This document shows positions 10,479 through 23,162 of a DNA stretch of 64,000 bases, in pieces. A program made the translations under genes and the position numbers. Every line of letters begins with the position of its first letter. The stretch's first letter is position 1. The stretch comes from Nitrospirota bacterium (GTDB lineage: Bacteria > Nitrospirota > UBA9217), in NCBI GenBank assembly GCA_963737155.1, contig CAVTRN010000002.1, positions 1,984,001 through 2,048,000 on the forward strand, read 5' to 3'. The notes under the pieces are model-generated. The model saw only the letters and a program-made list of their open reading frames with translations. It did no database searches and was not told where the DNA came from.

Positions 10479-11377
10479 GGTTGCCTCCTCCACCGTCGGT
10501 GCATCCAGACCCATTGCTCCGGCTCATTCAATATACAGTCCCCTATTTTCTTCGTCAGCATGGCGGTATTGTCGATGATGTCCTTTTCCCTGTTTCCGGT
10601 CAGAATGAGGTCCAGTGGACCCTCGATAGTAAACGTATGCCGGCCATTCTCATTGCGCTTGATATAACCGAAGAGCACCGGTGCGTCGAACTTGATGGCC
10701 ATGGAGGCCGCTGCAGTTGGTGTCCAGGCAGGCCTGCCCAGGAAGTCGACAAATGCGCTCTCGACATCGGTGTCCTGATCGATCAGGATTGCCAGCGCCC
10801 GATTTTCCTTGAATACCCGAATTAATTCCTTGGCTGCACCGGGTCGGCTTCGCAGAATAGTCCTGACCCCGAGCTTTTCCCGGAGACGGACTATCATGTC
10901 ATTAACCTGTTCCGGCTCAAGAGGTGCGGCGATCACGCTGATTGGATATTTTTTTGATGCAATAGCATAGGCTGCAAGCTCCCAGTTACCGATGTGACCG
11001 GTAACGTAAACCACTCCCCGTCCCCGGTCAAACGCTTTATCAACATTATCAAGCCCCTCGATATCGACAATGCGCGATGCGCGCCAGGACGACATCATCA
11101 TGACTTCGAGCAGCGATTTGCCCAGGTGAACAAAACTGCTTCGTGCCGTTTTCCGTATCCAGGAACGGTCCTTATCTCTGAAAACTTGGGTCAAATGCTC
11201 AAGTGCCCTGCCCCTTTCCCGGGGAAGCAGGTAAAACGCCATATAACCGACCATCCCGCCTGCCAGGACACCTGCACGGTACGGAACGAGATGGGCGAAA
11301 AGCTGAATGAACCTGGCCAACCATAACAGGGAAGTCCGGGAAATGCGCTTTCTCATTTGACGGACCCAATTGTTCAT
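10475..11377 (-). CDS. lpxL: Lipid A biosynthesis late acyltransferase (LpxL/HtrB family)
   Basis: GHIGNWE, ILIDQD, PEQWVWMHRRWR. Confidence 0.9.
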   Translation of the reverse strand: MNNWVRQMRKRISRTSLLWLARFIQLFAHLVPYRAGVLAGGMVGYMAFYLLPRERGRALEHLTQVFRDKDRSWIRKTARSSFVHLGKSLLEVMMMSSWRASRIVDIEGLDNVDKAFDRGRGVVYVTGHIGNWELAAYAIASKKYPISVIAAPLEPEQVNDMIVRLREKLGVRTILRSRPGAAKELIRVFKENRALAILIDQDTDVESAFVDFLGRPAWTPTAAASMAIKFDAPVLFGYIKRNENGRHTFTIEGPLDLILTGNREKDIIDNTAMLTKKIGDCILNEPEQWVWMHRRWRRQP

Positions 11378-11937
11378 GAGGCGGGTTTGCCACGGTTTTT
11401 TAAGATAAGGTTGATTAACTCCCGCACCGCGCCCCTTCCTCCTTCAGCCTTGGTAATCAGATCAACGTGGGGTTTGACCGCAGGATCGGCATCCGCGACA
11501 GCCACTGCAAATCCGGCGCGTTTGAAAATACCCAGATCGACGATATCATCGCCCATATAAGCGACCTCATCGTCCTGCACGCTGTATTTCGTAATAAGAG
11601 ATTCATAGACGACGATCTTTTCAATGGCTCCCTGGTGAACTTCATGGATGCCAAGTTCCCGTGCGCGGATATTGACAACCTCCGATTTCCTCCCGGTAAT
11701 GATCCCGATGACAATACCGGCGCGCTGAGCCAGTTTGATTCCATGACCGTCGCGGACATGAAAAGCCTTGAGTTCATTCCCCTGGTTGTCCAGGAATATT
11801 CTGCCATCTGTCAGAACTCCATCGACGTCAAGCAGAAGTAGTTTTATCTTTCTTGATTTTGTAAGGAGGCTCGTTCTTGTTTTACGCATGATAAGTAAAT
11901 CCGTGACTCGAAATGGAGAACTTTGTACTTTTTTCAA
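11374..11937 (-). CDS. kdsC: KDO 8-phosphate phosphatase
   Basis: LLLDVDGVLTDG, AYMGDDIVD, GGRGAVRE; true start may be the ATG near 11890. Confidence 0.95.
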   Translation of the reverse strand: MKKVQSSPFRVTDLLIMRKTRTSLLTKSRKIKLLLLDVDGVLTDGRIFLDNQGNELKAFHVRDGHGIKLAQRAGIVIGIITGRKSEVVNIRARELGIHEVHQGAIEKIVVYESLITKYSVQDDEVAYMGDDIVDLGIFKRAGFAVAVADADPAVKPHVDLITKAEGGRGAVRELINLILKNRGKPAS

Positions 11938-12902
11938 ACTACGCCTGACTTCAACAGATCGTGGAGATGAATCACTCCCTCCGGTTTCGCGGACGTATCG
12001 GCAACGATAAGGCAGGTAATGGAGTTTTTTTCCATGATGGCGACTGCTTCCGCAGCGAGGGAATCCTTGTTGGCAATTTTCGGATTTCTGGTCATAATAT
12101 CTCCGGCTTTTTTGGCGAGGAGGTTATCACCCGTTTTTTCCGTTTTTTCCATCCAGCGCCTGAGGTCTCCATCGGAGATCACGCCGATCAGTTTTCCTTC
12201 GGTATTGACAACGGCAGTGACGCCCATCTTTTTTGATGATATTTCATAAATCGCATCTTTAATCAACGTTGTTGCCGAGACAATAGGAACAGCATCTCCC
12301 ACATGCATCAGATCCCTGACGCGGAGCAACAATTTTTTGCCAAGAGTTCCGCCAGGATGAAAACAAGCAAAATCCTCCTCTTTGAATCCCCGCTTATCCA
12401 GGAGCGAAACAGCCAGGGCGTCTCCCATGGCAAGCTGCGCTGTCGTGCTGGCCGTTGGCGCCAGACCGAGCGGGCATGCTTCCTCTTTCACCCCGACATT
12501 GATGATTACATCGCTATTTTTGGCGAGTGTTGAATCGGGATTCCCGGTTAAAGCGATAATTTTTATCCCGAGCCGCTTAAGCGAAGGCAGCATCCTCGAC
12601 AGTTCCTCGGTCTCACCGCTGTTCGAAAGGGCAATGACCGCGTCTCCTCGCGTGACCATGCCGAGGTCACCGTGGATGCCCTCTGCGGGATGGAGGAAGA
12701 GGGCCGGCGTACCCGTTGATGCGAGCGTTGCGGCAATCTTTTTCCCGATAAGGCCTGACTTGCCCATGCCGGTTACGACTACCCGCCCTTCGCATTCCAG
12801 GATTATCTGGACGGCCATTTCGAAGCGCTCATCTATCCGGTCGATAAGCGCCGCTACAGCCTCTGATTCTATTTTGAGAACTTTTTTTGCCCGATTTATC
12901 AT
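11934..12902 (-). CDS. kdsD: Arabinose-5-phosphate isomerase (KpsF/GutQ; SIS plus CBS pair)
   Basis: [39 protein letters not shown]. Confidence 0.95.
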   Translation of the reverse strand: MINRAKKVLKIESEAVAALIDRIDERFEMAVQIILECEGRVVVTGMGKSGLIGKKIAATLASTGTPALFLHPAEGIHGDLGMVTRGDAVIALSNSGETEELSRMLPSLKRLGIKIIALTGNPDSTLAKNSDVIINVGVKEEACPLGLAPTASTTAQLAMGDALAVSLLDKRGFKEEDFACFHPGGTLGKKLLLRVRDLMHVGDAVPIVSATTLIKDAIYEISSKKMGVTAVVNTEGKLIGVISDGDLRRWMEKTEKTGDNLLAKKAGDIMTRNPKIANKDSLAAEAVAIMEKNSITCLIVADTSAKPEGVIHLHDLLKSGVV

Positions 12903-13720
12903 TGTCGTATAATCCGATCTATTTTTATGACTTGCCTCAGCAGCCCGGGTAATTCGTCAAGGCTTAGCATGTTAGGCCCGTCGCACAAAGCTTTGTCCGG
13001 GCAAGCATGAATTTCCATGAACAGTGCGTCGATGCCGACTGCAACGGCAGCGCGCGTCAAATGCGGAACGAACTTGCGATCACCCGATGAAGCTGTTCCG
13101 CCGGCGCCAGGGAGTTGAACGGAATGAGTAGCATCAAAAACCACAGGATAGCCGAATTCCCGTATAATTGGCAGGGATCGCATGTCTGCAACAAGGTTGT
13201 TATAACCGAAGGACACTCCACGCTCGGTGATGATAATTTTGTCGTTGCCCGTGGAAGCCGCCTTCTCGGCCGCGTTTTTAATGTCCCAAGGTGCGAGGAA
13301 TTGCCCTTTCTTGATATTCACCACCCTGCCGGTTCTGGCCACGTCCAGGATGAAATCGGTCTGTCTGCACAAGAATGCCGGAATCTGCATAATATCCAGG
13401 ACTTCCGCCGCTGGTCCAATATCCTCAAAACGATGCACATCGGAAAGGACAGGAAGGTCCAATTCTCGTCCGACGCGACCGAGTATCTTAAGACCCTGCC
13501 GCAAACCAGGCCCCCGAAAGGATGTCAGGGAACTCCTGTTTGCCTTGTCATAAGATGATTTAAAGATAAATGGTATGGAAAGTTCAGTGGTTATTGTTTT
13601 GAGACGAGCCGCTGTTTCCAGCGCAGTCTGTTCCGATTCAATGACGCAGGGGCCCGCAATGAGGACAAGAGGATTGTTCCCGCCTATCCTGATTCCGCGA
13701 ATATTGATTTCCCTAGTCAA
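12899..13720 (-). CDS. kdsA: KDO 8-phosphate synthase
   Basis: [38 protein letters not shown]. Confidence 0.97.
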   Translation of the reverse strand: MTREINIRGIRIGGNNPLVLIAGPCVIESEQTALETAARLKTITTELSIPFIFKSSYDKANRSSLTSFRGPGLRQGLKILGRVGRELDLPVLSDVHRFEDIGPAAEVLDIMQIPAFLCRQTDFILDVARTGRVVNIKKGQFLAPWDIKNAAEKAASTGNDKIIITERGVSFGYNNLVADMRSLPIIREFGYPVVFDATHSVQLPGAGGTASSGDRKFVPHLTRAAVAVGIDALFMEIHACPDKALCDGPNMLSLDELPGLLRQVIKIDRIIRQ

Positions 13721-13722
13721 AG

Positions 13723-15390
13723 TTATTTCCCCTGTTCCTCATGTTTCAAGGCGGCAGCGATGAAAGCAGTGAAAAGAGGGTGAGGTGTGCGCGGATTCGA
13801 TTTAAATTCCGGATGAAACTGGCACCCGAGGAACCAGGGGTGGTCCTTAAGCTCAACGATTTCGACCAGCGTTTCATCAGGAGAGACTCCGCTGATTACG
13901 AGGCCGGCATTTTTTAACGATTCAAGGTATTTATCGTTGAATTCATAACGGTGGCGGTGCCGCTCCGATATCTCCTCTTTGCCGTAGGCCTGGTGGGCGA
14001 GTGTTCTCTTCTCAATCTTGCACGGATAAGCGCCTAGACGCATACTGCCGCCTTTGTCGCTCATAAGGTCCCTTTTTTGGATGGTCTTGTTTCGATGATC
14101 GTACCACTGTTCGATGAGATAGATGACCGGATGGGGCGTCTGTTGGTTGAACTCAGAGCTGTTCGCGTTCTGAAGATGGGCCAAGTTTCTCGCTATTTCG
14201 ATCACGGCACATTGCATGCCCAGGCATATTCCGAAGTACGGGACTTTGTTTTCGCGGGCAAACTTTACCGTTGCTATTTTCCCCTCGACGCCGCGGATGC
14301 CGAATCCTCCGGGGACCAATATCCCGTCCATCCCCTGGAGCATCTCTTCCGCACCCTTGACTTCAATCTCCTCGGAGTCTACCCAACAGATATTAACTCT
14401 GGCATCATTCGCGATACCGCCATGCGTAAGCGCCTCACACAGGCTTTTATAAGCTTCCTTAAGGTCTATATATTTCCCGACCAGCGCTATGGTGACTTCC
14501 CGGGATGGGTGCTTGATCCGATGAATGATCGTTTCCCAGGGTTTTAAATTATTTACGGAAACTTTGAGGGCGAGAGCTTCGACTATGCGGTCATCGATCC
14601 CCTCTTCATGGAGATGGATCGGCACCTCGTAAATCGTTTCCACATCCTGGGCGGCTATTACACAATTCTCCTCCACGTTGCAGAACAGCGCGATTTTTCG
14701 TTTCATCTCCTTCGGAATGAAGCGGTCGCTCCGGCAAACGAGAATGTTCGGCTGGATTCCTATGGACAAGAGTTCTTTGACACTGTGCTGCGTGGGTTTG
14801 GTTTTCAGCTCATCCGCCGCCTTGATGAAAGGCACAAGGGTGAGATGGATATAGAGGACATTTTGTCTGCCCATGCTGTGTTTCAACTGCCGGATGGCTT
14901 CCAAAAAGGGCAGACTTTCAATGTCGCCTATGGTCCCGCCGATTTCGACGATAACGACATCTTCATCGTCGGCAAGGTCAGTGATCGCTCGTTTTATCTC
15001 ATCGGTTATATGGGGCACGACCTGAACCGTGCCGCCCAGGTAATCGCCGCGCCGCTCCTTGGTGATTACGTTGTAGTATATCCTGCCGGAGGTAAAATTA
15101 TTTTTCTGGCCGGTGGTTACGTTTGTATATCGTTCATAATGTCCTAAGTCGAGATCGGTTTCTGCGCCGTCGTCGGTAACGTATACCTCGCCGTGTTGAA
15201 AGGGGCTCATGGTTCCCGGATCTACATTGATGTAGGGGTCGAGTTTCAAGAACGTGACCTTCAGTCCTCTGCTTTCGAGGAGAGCACCGATCGATGAGGC
15301 CGCAAGCCCTTTACCCAGCGACGAGACCACACCGCCAGTGACAAAAATATACTTTGTTACCTTTTCCTTTTTTTCCATGCCTACTCTCAA
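13723..15390 (-). CDS. pyrG: CTP synthase
   Basis: [42 protein letters not shown]. Confidence 0.98.
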   Translation of the reverse strand: MRVGMEKKEKVTKYIFVTGGVVSSLGKGLAASSIGALLESRGLKVTFLKLDPYINVDPGTMSPFQHGEVYVTDDGAETDLDLGHYERYTNVTTGQKNNFTSGRIYYNVITKERRGDYLGGTVQVVPHITDEIKRAITDLADDEDVVIVEIGGTIGDIESLPFLEAIRQLKHSMGRQNVLYIHLTLVPFIKAADELKTKPTQHSVKELLSIGIQPNILVCRSDRFIPKEMKRKIALFCNVEENCVIAAQDVETIYEVPIHLHEEGIDDRIVEALALKVSVNNLKPWETIIHRIKHPSREVTIALVGKYIDLKEAYKSLCEALTHGGIANDARVNICWVDSEEIEVKGAEEMLQGMDGILVPGGFGIRGVEGKIATVKFARENKVPYFGICLGMQCAVIEIARNLAHLQNANSSEFNQQTPHPVIYLIEQWYDHRNKTIQKRDLMSDKGGSMRLGAYPCKIEKRTLAHQAYGKEEISERHRHRYEFNDKYLESLKNAGLVISGVSPDETLVEIVELKDHPWFLGCQFHPEFKSNPRTPHPLFTAFIAAALKHEEQGK

Positions 15391-16229
15391 CTTTCTTTTA
15401 GTCGTTGCAGTATTTTACTCAAATCATCAGGGATGTCAACACCAAAGGATTCATGCGCAGTCGGGGTTACCTTGATCCTGCGGCCGTGTTCAAGCACGCG
15501 GAGCTGCTCCAGCTTTTCCGCAGCCTCAAGCGTTGTTTGCTGCATTCTGGAATAGTCTAACAGAAAGTCCCGTCGGTAGACATACAAGCCGATATGCTTG
15601 TACATGACGCCGTCAAGCGACAGATCGGAAAAAGACTTTTTCCCCGCCCAGCTGTCCCGATTCCACGGAATAGGGGCGCGAGAAAAATAGAGTGCAAAGC
15701 CGTTACTGTCAAAAACGACTTTCACAACGTTCGGATCAAAAGCCTCCTCTTTTTTCTCTATTTTCTTACAGAGCGTGGCCATAGGTACTGACGGATCTAG
15801 TACCAGCGGCAATATCGCTTCATCGATCATGGAAGCCTGTATAAGAGGTTCATCACCCTGCACATTTACGACAATGTCGCAATCGAGTCTTTGAGCTACT
15901 TCGGCAATCCGATCAGTGCCGGTGACATGCGATGACAACGTCATGACCGATTCACCGCCAAATGAAGAAACAGCTTTCATGATGCGCTCATCATCAGTGG
16001 CAACGATTACACGGTTTACCAGGCGGGACATGCGGGTTCGTTCATAAACCCACTGGATCATCGGTTTATCCTGTATAGGGACAAGCGCTTTTCCTGGAAA
16101 TCTGGTGGAGCCAAAACGGGCGGGAATAATCGCTATGATCGTATTGCTTTTTTTCCCCATGGGAAGACTGTTACCTCGTGTGCCGTATTCGAGGATGCTA
16201 ACGGGACAACTCCTTTTTAAAATACTCAA
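15387..16229 (-). CDS. kdsB: CMP-KDO synthetase
   Basis: [28 protein letters not shown]; true start probably the ATG near 16160 (MGKKS). Confidence 0.96.
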   Translation of the reverse strand: MSILKRSCPVSILEYGTRGNSLPMGKKSNTIIAIIPARFGSTRFPGKALVPIQDKPMIQWVYERTRMSRLVNRVIVATDDERIMKAVSSFGGESVMTLSSHVTGTDRIAEVAQRLDCDIVVNVQGDEPLIQASMIDEAILPLVLDPSVPMATLCKKIEKKEEAFDPNVVKVVFDSNGFALYFSRAPIPWNRDSWAGKKSFSDLSLDGVMYKHIGLYVYRRDFLLDYSRMQQTTLEAAEKLEQLRVLEHGRRIKVTPTAHESFGVDIPDDLSKILQRLKES

Positions 16230-17130
16230 TGGTCCTGGTCATCCCGTCGGTTACGGAAACCGCAGGCTTCCATCCCAGCTTTTGTCCGGCCAGCGTGATA
16301 TCTGGTTGGCGCTGAGTCGGATCGTCCGACGGTAATGGTTTATATTCAATTTTCGATTTCGAACCGGTCATAGCGATGATTTTTTGTGCTAGCTCTAAGA
16401 TCGTATATTCTTCGGGGTTTCCCAGGTTTACAGGCCCAGTGAAGTTTTCCGTATTCATCATGCTCACCATGCCTTCGATTAAGTCATCGACGTAGCAAAA
16501 TGACCGTGTCTGGGACCCTTTACCGTATACCGTGATGTCCTGCCCTTTCAGCGCTTGGATGATGAAGTTGCTCACTACACGACCATCATTGGGCAGCATT
16601 CGGGGACCATAGGTGTTAAAAATCCGGATGATCTTGATATCCACATTGTTCTGGCGATGGTAATCCATCATCAGGGTTTCTGCAACCCGCTTTCCCTCGT
16701 CATAACAGCTTCTGATCCCTATGCAGTTTACGTTGCCCCAGTAATCTTCTTTTTGCGGATGTACAACGGGATCGCCGTAGACTTCCGATGTGGAAGCGAA
16801 CAGAATTCTCGCTTTCACTCTCTTTGCCATGCCAAGCATGTTGATTGTGCCGAGAACATTGGCTTTGATTGTCTTTATTGCGTTGTACTGATAATGAATT
16901 GGAGATGCAGGACAGGCCAGATGGTATATCCTGTCAACTTCGAGCAGGATGGGATTAGTTACATCATGGCGGATCAACTCAAAGTCCGTATTACTCAGCA
17001 GATGACGGACGTTTCCTCTCTTGCCCGTGAAATAATTATCCAAGCATATTACTTCATTTTTTTCACGAAGCAATCGTTCACATAGATGAGAACCTAAAAA
17101 GCCTGCGCCGCCGGTTACGAGATACCTCAT
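16198..17130 (-). CDS. uxs: UDP-glucuronate decarboxylase (UDP-xylose synthase)
   Basis: [34 protein letters not shown]. Confidence 0.92.
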   Translation of the reverse strand: MRYLVTGGAGFLGSHLCERLLREKNEVICLDNYFTGKRGNVRHLLSNTDFELIRHDVTNPILLEVDRIYHLACPASPIHYQYNAIKTIKANVLGTINMLGMAKRVKARILFASTSEVYGDPVVHPQKEDYWGNVNCIGIRSCYDEGKRVAETLMMDYHRQNNVDIKIIRIFNTYGPRMLPNDGRVVSNFIIQALKGQDITVYGKGSQTRSFCYVDDLIEGMVSMMNTENFTGPVNLGNPEEYTILELAQKIIAMTGSKSKIEYKPLPSDDPTQRQPDITLAGQKLGWKPAVSVTDGMTRTIEYFKKELSR

Positions 17131-17232
17131 AGCTTCTCCTTATTTAAAAGCGCAAATGCCGAAAGGTGGAACAGGTATGGATCGAAGCATTCCGGTCCTG
17201 ATTCTTTTCTTTTTCGAGCGTTGTTCTATGCG

Positions 17233-18564
17233 TTATTTTCTTCCAATACCGTAATAGGTGAATCCCAGCTTGCGAAGTTCAACTTTATTGTAAATATTTC
17301 TGCCGTCGAAAATGACCGGCTTGTTCATGAGCCGCTTTATTTTCCGAAAATCGGGCGTATGGAATTCACTCCACTCGGTCACTACAGCGAGTGCGTCAGC
17401 ACCTTTCAGGGCGTCGTAAGCAACCGGCAAATATTTTAATTTGTTCTTGAATATTTTACGAGCTTCGTCCATAGCTACCGGGTCATGAGCTCTGACCGAG
17501 GCGCCAGCGCGAAGAAGGTTTTCTATGATAACCACCGAAGGGGCTTCACGCATATCATCGGTCTTCGGCTTGAACGAAAGACCCCAGACTGCTATCGTTT
17601 TGCCAGCAAGAGGCTTTTGAGTATTTTTGCTCCTTCCGGCTCCTTTGCCGAAATGATTGAGGATCATAGTGGAAAGAAGATTTTTCTGGCGTTCGTTAAC
17701 TGTCTCCACAGACTTCAGTACCCTGGCATCAACGCCATGCTCCTTCGCAGTCTGGACCAACGCCTTGACGTCCTTAGGGAAACATGAGCCGCCGTACCCC
17801 ACCCCCGGGAACAGGAATTCAAATCCGATCCTGCGATCGTAACTCATTCCTTTGCGAACGCTGTCGATATCGGCGCCAAGGCTGGCACAGATAATCGACA
17901 TTTCGTTGATGAACGATATTTTGGTGGCAAGCATCGCATTCGAAGCATACTTGGTCATCTCCGCGCTCCGGATGTCCATGATGAGAATCCTGTCTCCTTT
18001 CCGGACAAAGGATGCATAGAGGTTCTGCATGAGCACGGCAGCTTTGGGATTGTCAACACCGATGACCACTCGGTCAGGCTTCATGAAATCCTCAATCGCG
18101 GCCCCTTCCTTGAGGAATTCAGGATTTGAAACAACGTCGAATTTATGGCGGGTGTGACTCTTGATAGCTGCTCTGACTTTATCTGCCGTCCCAACAGGGA
18201 CCGTGCTTTTATTGATGATGACCCTGTATCCATTCATGTATCTTCCGATTTCCCGGGCCGCGCCGACTACATATTTGAGGTCGGCCGAGCCGTCCTCTCC
18301 TGGTGGCGTACCAACTGCAATAAATATTAAATCGGATATACTCACTGCTTTGGCCATATCGGTAGTGAAACTCAACCGTCCGTGACTGGTATTCCGTTTG
18401 ATGAGTTCTTCCAATCCTGGCTCATAAATAGGCACAGTGCCGCTGTTAAGGGAAGCGATTTTCTGTTCATCGATGTCCATGCAGATTACCTCATTGCCGC
18501 TTTCCGCCAGACAGGTGCCGGTCACAAGACCAACGTAACCGGTTCCAATAACCGATATTTTCAT
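17233..18564 (-). CDS. ugd: UDP-glucose 6-dehydrogenase
   Basis: [35 protein letters not shown]. Confidence 0.95.
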   Translation of the reverse strand: MKISVIGTGYVGLVTGTCLAESGNEVICMDIDEQKIASLNSGTVPIYEPGLEELIKRNTSHGRLSFTTDMAKAVSISDLIFIAVGTPPGEDGSADLKYVVGAAREIGRYMNGYRVIINKSTVPVGTADKVRAAIKSHTRHKFDVVSNPEFLKEGAAIEDFMKPDRVVIGVDNPKAAVLMQNLYASFVRKGDRILIMDIRSAEMTKYASNAMLATKISFINEMSIICASLGADIDSVRKGMSYDRRIGFEFLFPGVGYGGSCFPKDVKALVQTAKEHGVDARVLKSVETVNERQKNLLSTMILNHFGKGAGRSKNTQKPLAGKTIAVWGLSFKPKTDDMREAPSVVIIENLLRAGASVRAHDPVAMDEARKIFKNKLKYLPVAYDALKGADALAVVTEWSEFHTPDFRKIKRLMNKPVIFDGRNIYNKVELRKLGFTYYGIGRK

Positions 18565-18579
18565 GTTTTCGTTTTTCTC

Positions 18580-19698
18580 CTATTTTCTCATTGTATAGTT
18601 ACGTTCAATCCACTTTGTATATTCGCCGCTTCTAATTTTTTCCACCCAGTCCCGGTTGTTGAGGTACCAGCTAATCGTCTCACGCAAGCCGGATTCAAAC
18701 TGGTGATTCTGTTTCCATCCCAAATCGCTCTTGATTTTATCACAGTTGATCGCATAACGTCGGTCGTGTCCAGGACGGTCAGGAACAAACGTAATAAGAT
18801 CCCGATAGTTTCCAGTGGAAGAATCCTTTCGAGGATGAAGTTCCTCAAGCACATCGCAAATCGCGTGAACTACTTCGATGTTTTTTCTTTCGCATTCACC
18901 ACCGATATTATAGGTATCGCCGGACCTTCCCTTTGCGAGAATGAGCCAAACTGCCTCGCAGTGGTCTCCCACATAGAGCCAGTCACGTACATTATTACCA
19001 TCGCCATAAACCGGCAACGGTTTTCCTTCGAGTGCGTTCAAAATAATCAATGGTATCAATTTTTCCGGAAAATGATAAGGACCATAGTTGTTCGAGCAGT
19101 TCGAAATGGTGGTCTGCAGGCCGTAAGTATGACCATAAGCCCTCACCAGATGGTCCGAAGCTGCCTTAGATGCCGAATAAGGACTGCGTGGATCGTAGGG
19201 TGTCGATTCAAAAAAGTATCCCGTATCGCCGAGAGAACCATAGACCTCGTCCGTACTGATGTGATGAAATCGAACGTCCTTCCTGCTTCCCCATACCTGG
19301 CGGGCAACTTCAAGGAGGCTGAAAGTACCGTTGATGTTCGTCTCAACGAAATCCTTCGGACCGAAAATGGAGCGGTCTACATGACTTTCCGCTGCGAAGT
19401 GAACAACGATGTTTATGCTATATTTATTGATCGTTTTATGGACTTTTTCAAAATCACGGATATCCCCTTGTTCGAACACATATTGCCTGCCGCCGAATTT
19501 CTGACTGATGTCGACGAGGTTCATAAGATTGCCTGCATATGTAAGCTTGTCGTAATTGATCAGAGTGCCATTGAAGTTTGTTTTATTAAAAACATATCTG
19601 ATGAAATTTGAACCGATAAAGCCGGCCCCGCCGGTTACTAGAATGTTCGCTGAGTGGAGATGGAACGAAGCTGATTTATTTTCGATCATACTATTCAC
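18580..19698 (-). CDS. rfbB: dTDP-glucose 4,6-dehydratase
   Basis: [39 protein letters not shown]. Confidence 0.97.
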   Translation of the reverse strand: MNSMIENKSASFHLHSANILVTGGAGFIGSNFIRYVFNKTNFNGTLINYDKLTYAGNLMNLVDISQKFGGRQYVFEQGDIRDFEKVHKTINKYSINIVVHFAAESHVDRSIFGPKDFVETNINGTFSLLEVARQVWGSRKDVRFHHISTDEVYGSLGDTGYFFESTPYDPRSPYSASKAASDHLVRAYGHTYGLQTTISNCSNNYGPYHFPEKLIPLIILNALEGKPLPVYGDGNNVRDWLYVGDHCEAVWLILAKGRSGDTYNIGGECERKNIEVVHAICDVLEELHPRKDSSTGNYRDLITFVPDRPGHDRRYAINCDKIKSDLGWKQNHQFESGLRETISWYLNNRDWVEKIRSGEYTKWIERNYTMRK

Positions 19699-20560
19699 CA
19701 GAGAGTCCTCCCTCGCTCATGAATGAAGCAACCGCATCTTGCCACGACGGAATATTCACATTTAACAGCCGTTCAAGCCTGCTGTTACTCATTGCGGAAA
19801 ACTTGGGCCGTCTTGCCGGGAGTTGAAACGCATCCATGGAGACGGGTCTGATGAATTTGTTGACACCCAAGACGTTAAGAATCACTTTCGCCCATTCATA
19901 TCGTGAACAATATCCGCCATTCGTGAGATGATATCTCCCGACTATTCCTGCCTCGATCGCTTTGAACGTTACATCCACTACCGTATCGGTATAAGTAGGA
20001 ACCGAAAACTCATCGCAGGCGATCTTGAGATACTCATTGTTTTTGGACCACTCGCCCAATTTATAAATAAAATTTTGTTTACCAGGACCGAAGACCCAGC
20101 TCAGTCTGAGCACCAAGCAGCGTGTACACTCCTCGAGAACGTACTGTTCACCGGCGAGTTTGCTTTTCCCGTATTCGTTTAAAGGATTTACAGAATCGTC
20201 CTCGGTGTACAAGCCGGACTCCTTGAGCCCGTCGAAAACATAATCGGAGCCGAAATGCACAAGAAGGGCTTTCTGTGCAGCAGCGGCGCGCGCGAGATTT
20301 TTCGGCCCTTCTGCGTTCACTCTGAATGCCGCTGCGCGATCCTGTTCCGCTTTGTCCACAAGATTATAGGCTGCACAGTTGATGATAACATCGGGCCGGT
20401 AAGCATCGATGGCAGCGGAAACAATTCCGGGGGCTGTGATGTCAAGATGTGATTCATCGGGAGCATGGAAATCGATATTTTGCCGCTCAAATCGACGGAT
20501 GAACGCCCTGGCCAGTTGCCCTTTTTTCCCCGTAAGCAGATATTTCATAGCACCACTCAT
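19691..20560 (-). CDS. rfbD: dTDP-4-dehydrorhamnose reductase
   Basis: [31 protein letters not shown]. Confidence 0.95.
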   Translation of the reverse strand: MSGAMKYLLTGKKGQLARAFIRRFERQNIDFHAPDESHLDITAPGIVSAAIDAYRPDVIINCAAYNLVDKAEQDRAAAFRVNAEGPKNLARAAAAQKALLVHFGSDYVFDGLKESGLYTEDDSVNPLNEYGKSKLAGEQYVLEECTRCLVLRLSWVFGPGKQNFIYKLGEWSKNNEYLKIACDEFSVPTYTDTVVDVTFKAIEAGIVGRYHLTNGGYCSRYEWAKVILNVLGVNKFIRPVSMDAFQLPARRPKFSAMSNSRLERLLNVNIPSWQDAVASFMSEGGLSGE

Positions 20561-21111
20561 AGTTTAAAATTGTTGTCGGCATCCCGCAGTCGGGGATGGA
20601 CCGTATCCTTGGCGGACAAGATCGGGCTGTCGAGCGGCCAGACTATATCGATATCCGGGTCGCTCCAGATGATACCCCGATCATCGGCCAGGGAATACTC
20701 GTTTGTGCATTTGTATAAAACCTCTGCAGTGTCGCTCAGAACCTGAAACCCGTGGGCAAAACCGGGAGGCACGTAAAGCATATGTTTATTGTCCTCAGTC
20801 AGGTTGACGCCCACCCATTTGCCGTATAGCGAAGAGCCTTTGCGGATATCCGCCGCGACATCAAATATTTCCCCTTTGATGCACATAACCAGCTTGCCTT
20901 GCGCCTTTGGCGTCTTCTGGTAGTGTAGGCCCCGAAGGACTCCCCTTGACGATTTAGAATAATTGTCCTGGACCAGATGTTCCTGAATGCCTCCACGCAC
21001 GAAGTCTGAGTGCTTATATAATTCAAGAAAATAACCGCGATCGTCTTTGAATATCTTTGGTTTCACGAGAACGAGACCGGGAATCTCAAGTTTTTCAAAC
21101 TCAAATGGCAT
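20557..21111 (-). CDS. rfbC: dTDP-4-dehydrorhamnose 3,5-epimerase
   Basis: [24 protein letters not shown]. Confidence 0.96.
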   Translation of the reverse strand: MPFEFEKLEIPGLVLVKPKIFKDDRGYFLELYKHSDFVRGGIQEHLVQDNYSKSSRGVLRGLHYQKTPKAQGKLVMCIKGEIFDVAADIRKGSSLYGKWVGVNLTEDNKHMLYVPPGFAHGFQVLSDTAEVLYKCTNEYSLADDRGIIWSDPDIDIVWPLDSPILSAKDTVHPRLRDADNNFKL

Positions 21112-21994
21112 TCGGCACCTCTTGCTCTGCTACCATTCTGAGATAGGCTCCATAGGCGTTCTTGTTATGGTTTTCTGCAGCCTTAAGAAGTACTTTTTTG
21201 TCTATGTAGCCCAGCCTATAAGCGATTTCCTCGATGCATGCCATTTTAAGCCCCTGTCGCTTTTCGATTGTCGCAATAAATTCTCCAGCTTCAAGCAGGC
21301 TTTCATGTGTTCCCGTATCGAGCCACGCATATCCTCTGCCCATGAGTTCCACACGAAGTTCTTTCTTATTCAGATACTCCCTGTTCACATCAGTAATTTC
21401 AAGCTCGCCTCTTCCAGACGGCTTGATGCTTTTCGCGATACGGATCACATCGTTATCATAGAAATAAATCCCAGTGATGGCATATTTGGACTTCGGCTGT
21501 TTTGGCTTTTCGTCCACGGACAACACAGTGCCGTCCTTGTCGAATTCCACAATGCCGTAGCGTTCGGGATCGTTTACATAATAGCCGAAAACCGTGGCGC
21601 CGCCGAGGGTTGTTACATCGCGAACGGCCTTGTTTAAAAGTCCTGTGAGTCCCTGGCCAAAAAAGATATTGTCGCCCAGTACCAGACATACCGTATCGTT
21701 GCCGACGAAGCCATCGCCGATCAAGAACGCCTCAGCGAGACCGTTCGGATGCGCCTGTTCCTGGTAGGTAAAACGAAGCCCCAGATCGTCGCCGCTGCCA
21801 AAAATGTCTTGGAACCGGGGAAGGTCGACAGGTGTAGAGATTATTAGAATATCCCTGATTCCGGCCAACATGAGCACCGAGAGGGGGTAATAGATCATAG
21901 GCTTGTCATAGATCGGCAGCAGTTGCTTGCATACACCCCGAGTAATGGGATAGAGTCGCGTACCGCTTCCACCTGCAAGAATGATCCCTTTCAC
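21101..21994 (-). CDS. rfbA: Glucose-1-phosphate thymidylyltransferase
   Basis: [45 protein letters not shown]. Confidence 0.98.
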   Translation of the reverse strand: MKGIILAGGSGTRLYPITRGVCKQLLPIYDKPMIYYPLSVLMLAGIRDILIISTPVDLPRFQDIFGSGDDLGLRFTYQEQAHPNGLAEAFLIGDGFVGNDTVCLVLGDNIFFGQGLTGLLNKAVRDVTTLGGATVFGYYVNDPERYGIVEFDKDGTVLSVDEKPKQPKSKYAITGIYFYDNDVIRIAKSIKPSGRGELEITDVNREYLNKKELRVELMGRGYAWLDTGTHESLLEAGEFIATIEKRQGLKMACIEEIAYRLGYIDKKVLLKAAENHNKNAYGAYLRMVAEQEVPNAI

Positions 21995-22166
21995 TTGTCA
22001 CCTCCTGAATTTATTTCGCTGATAAAGTTCTATCTACTCTTACTGTCTCACGTGCATTCTTTGGGTGTTTCCTGATTTACCGAGGTTTCAGAAAAATGTA
22101 CATCTGATAAGATTTGAATGATGACGTTAAAATGCAAAAAGAACATGTTTTATGTCCTGCGCCTGC

Positions 22167-23162
22167 CTAACCCAGAAGTATTCGTTGTTTAAGCTGATCC
22201 GGCTTAACCACGGCAGTGCCGACGATACCTACGACAATTCCCGCGGCATAATTAGAGATCCGAGCTGCCTCGGTCATGCTTGCTCCGGAAGCCATGGCGA
22301 GGGTGAGCGTGGCGATGACTGTGTCGCCAGCGCCGGTGACGTCGAAAACTTCCCGGGCTACGGTGGGAATGTGAGTCACCTTTCCCCCGTGTTCGAAGAG
22401 GCTCATCCCCAGCTCACCACGGGTGATAAGAACCGCAGCGCAATTAAGGCGCTTCAGGAGCAGAGTCCCGACCCTCAAAAGGGATTCGTCATCCGTAATT
22501 TCAACCTTTGATCCGATGGAAGCCTCGCTGACGTTCGGCGTAAGGATAGTGACACCCCTGTACATGTTAAAATGACTCACTTTTGGATCGACGGATACGA
22601 TCACATTGTTTTTCCGTGCTATCTTAACGATTTCATGTACCAGTTCATTGGTGACCACCCCTTTACAATAATCTGAAAGCACGATCCCATCAAGCCCGAC
22701 TGCGATGTGCCGTTTTATCTGATCGAATATCCGACGGTGAAGATCCTTCCCGATCCGTTCCTTGGTCTCACGGTCGAAGCGAACGACCTGCTGGCTATGT
22801 GCGATAATCCGTGTTTTTATGGTCGTCGGTCTTCCCTCATCCACAAGAAGTCCGTCAGTCTGAATATGCTGCGAATGGAGAAGCTGCATAACCTTGCTGC
22901 CGGCCTGATCGCTGCCGATCACGCCGCATACATTCACAGAGCCTCCGAGAGCATGAATATTCTGTACCACGTTCGTAGCGCCGCCAAGGAGCAGATTTTC
23001 CTTGGTGACATTCACCACAGGGACCGGCGCTTCCGGAGAAATACGGGAAACGTTGCCCCAGATATAATGATCGAGTACGATGTCTCCGACGACGAGTATT
23101 CTTGTCGCGGGGAACCTGTCAATACGGGCATTCAGCCGCTTTCGTTCTTTTGCAGATATCAT
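22167..23162 (-). CDS. rfaE1: D-glycero-beta-D-manno-heptose-7-phosphate kinase (stand-alone RfaE domain I)
   Basis: RISPEAPVPV, SDYCKG, DVTGAGDT. Confidence 0.93.
   Translation of the reverse strand: MISAKERKRLNARIDRFPATRILVVGDIVLDHYIWGNVSRISPEAPVPVVNVTKENLLLGGATNVVQNIHALGGSVNVCGVIGSDQAGSKVMQLLHSQHIQTDGLLVDEGRPTTIKTRIIAHSQQVVRFDRETKERIGKDLHRRIFDQIKRHIAVGLDGIVLSDYCKGVVTNELVHEIVKIARKNNVIVSVDPKVSHFNMYRGVTILTPNVSEASIGSKVEITDDESLLRVGTLLLKRLNCAAVLITRGELGMSLFEHGGKVTHIPTVAREVFDVTGAGDTVIATLTLAMASGASMTEAARISNYAAGIVVGIVGTAVVKPDQLKQRILLG

Noticed and set aside
18382-19611. 409-aa plus-strand ORF
   Set aside because: Antisense shadow of rfbB and ugd with no recognisable motifs.
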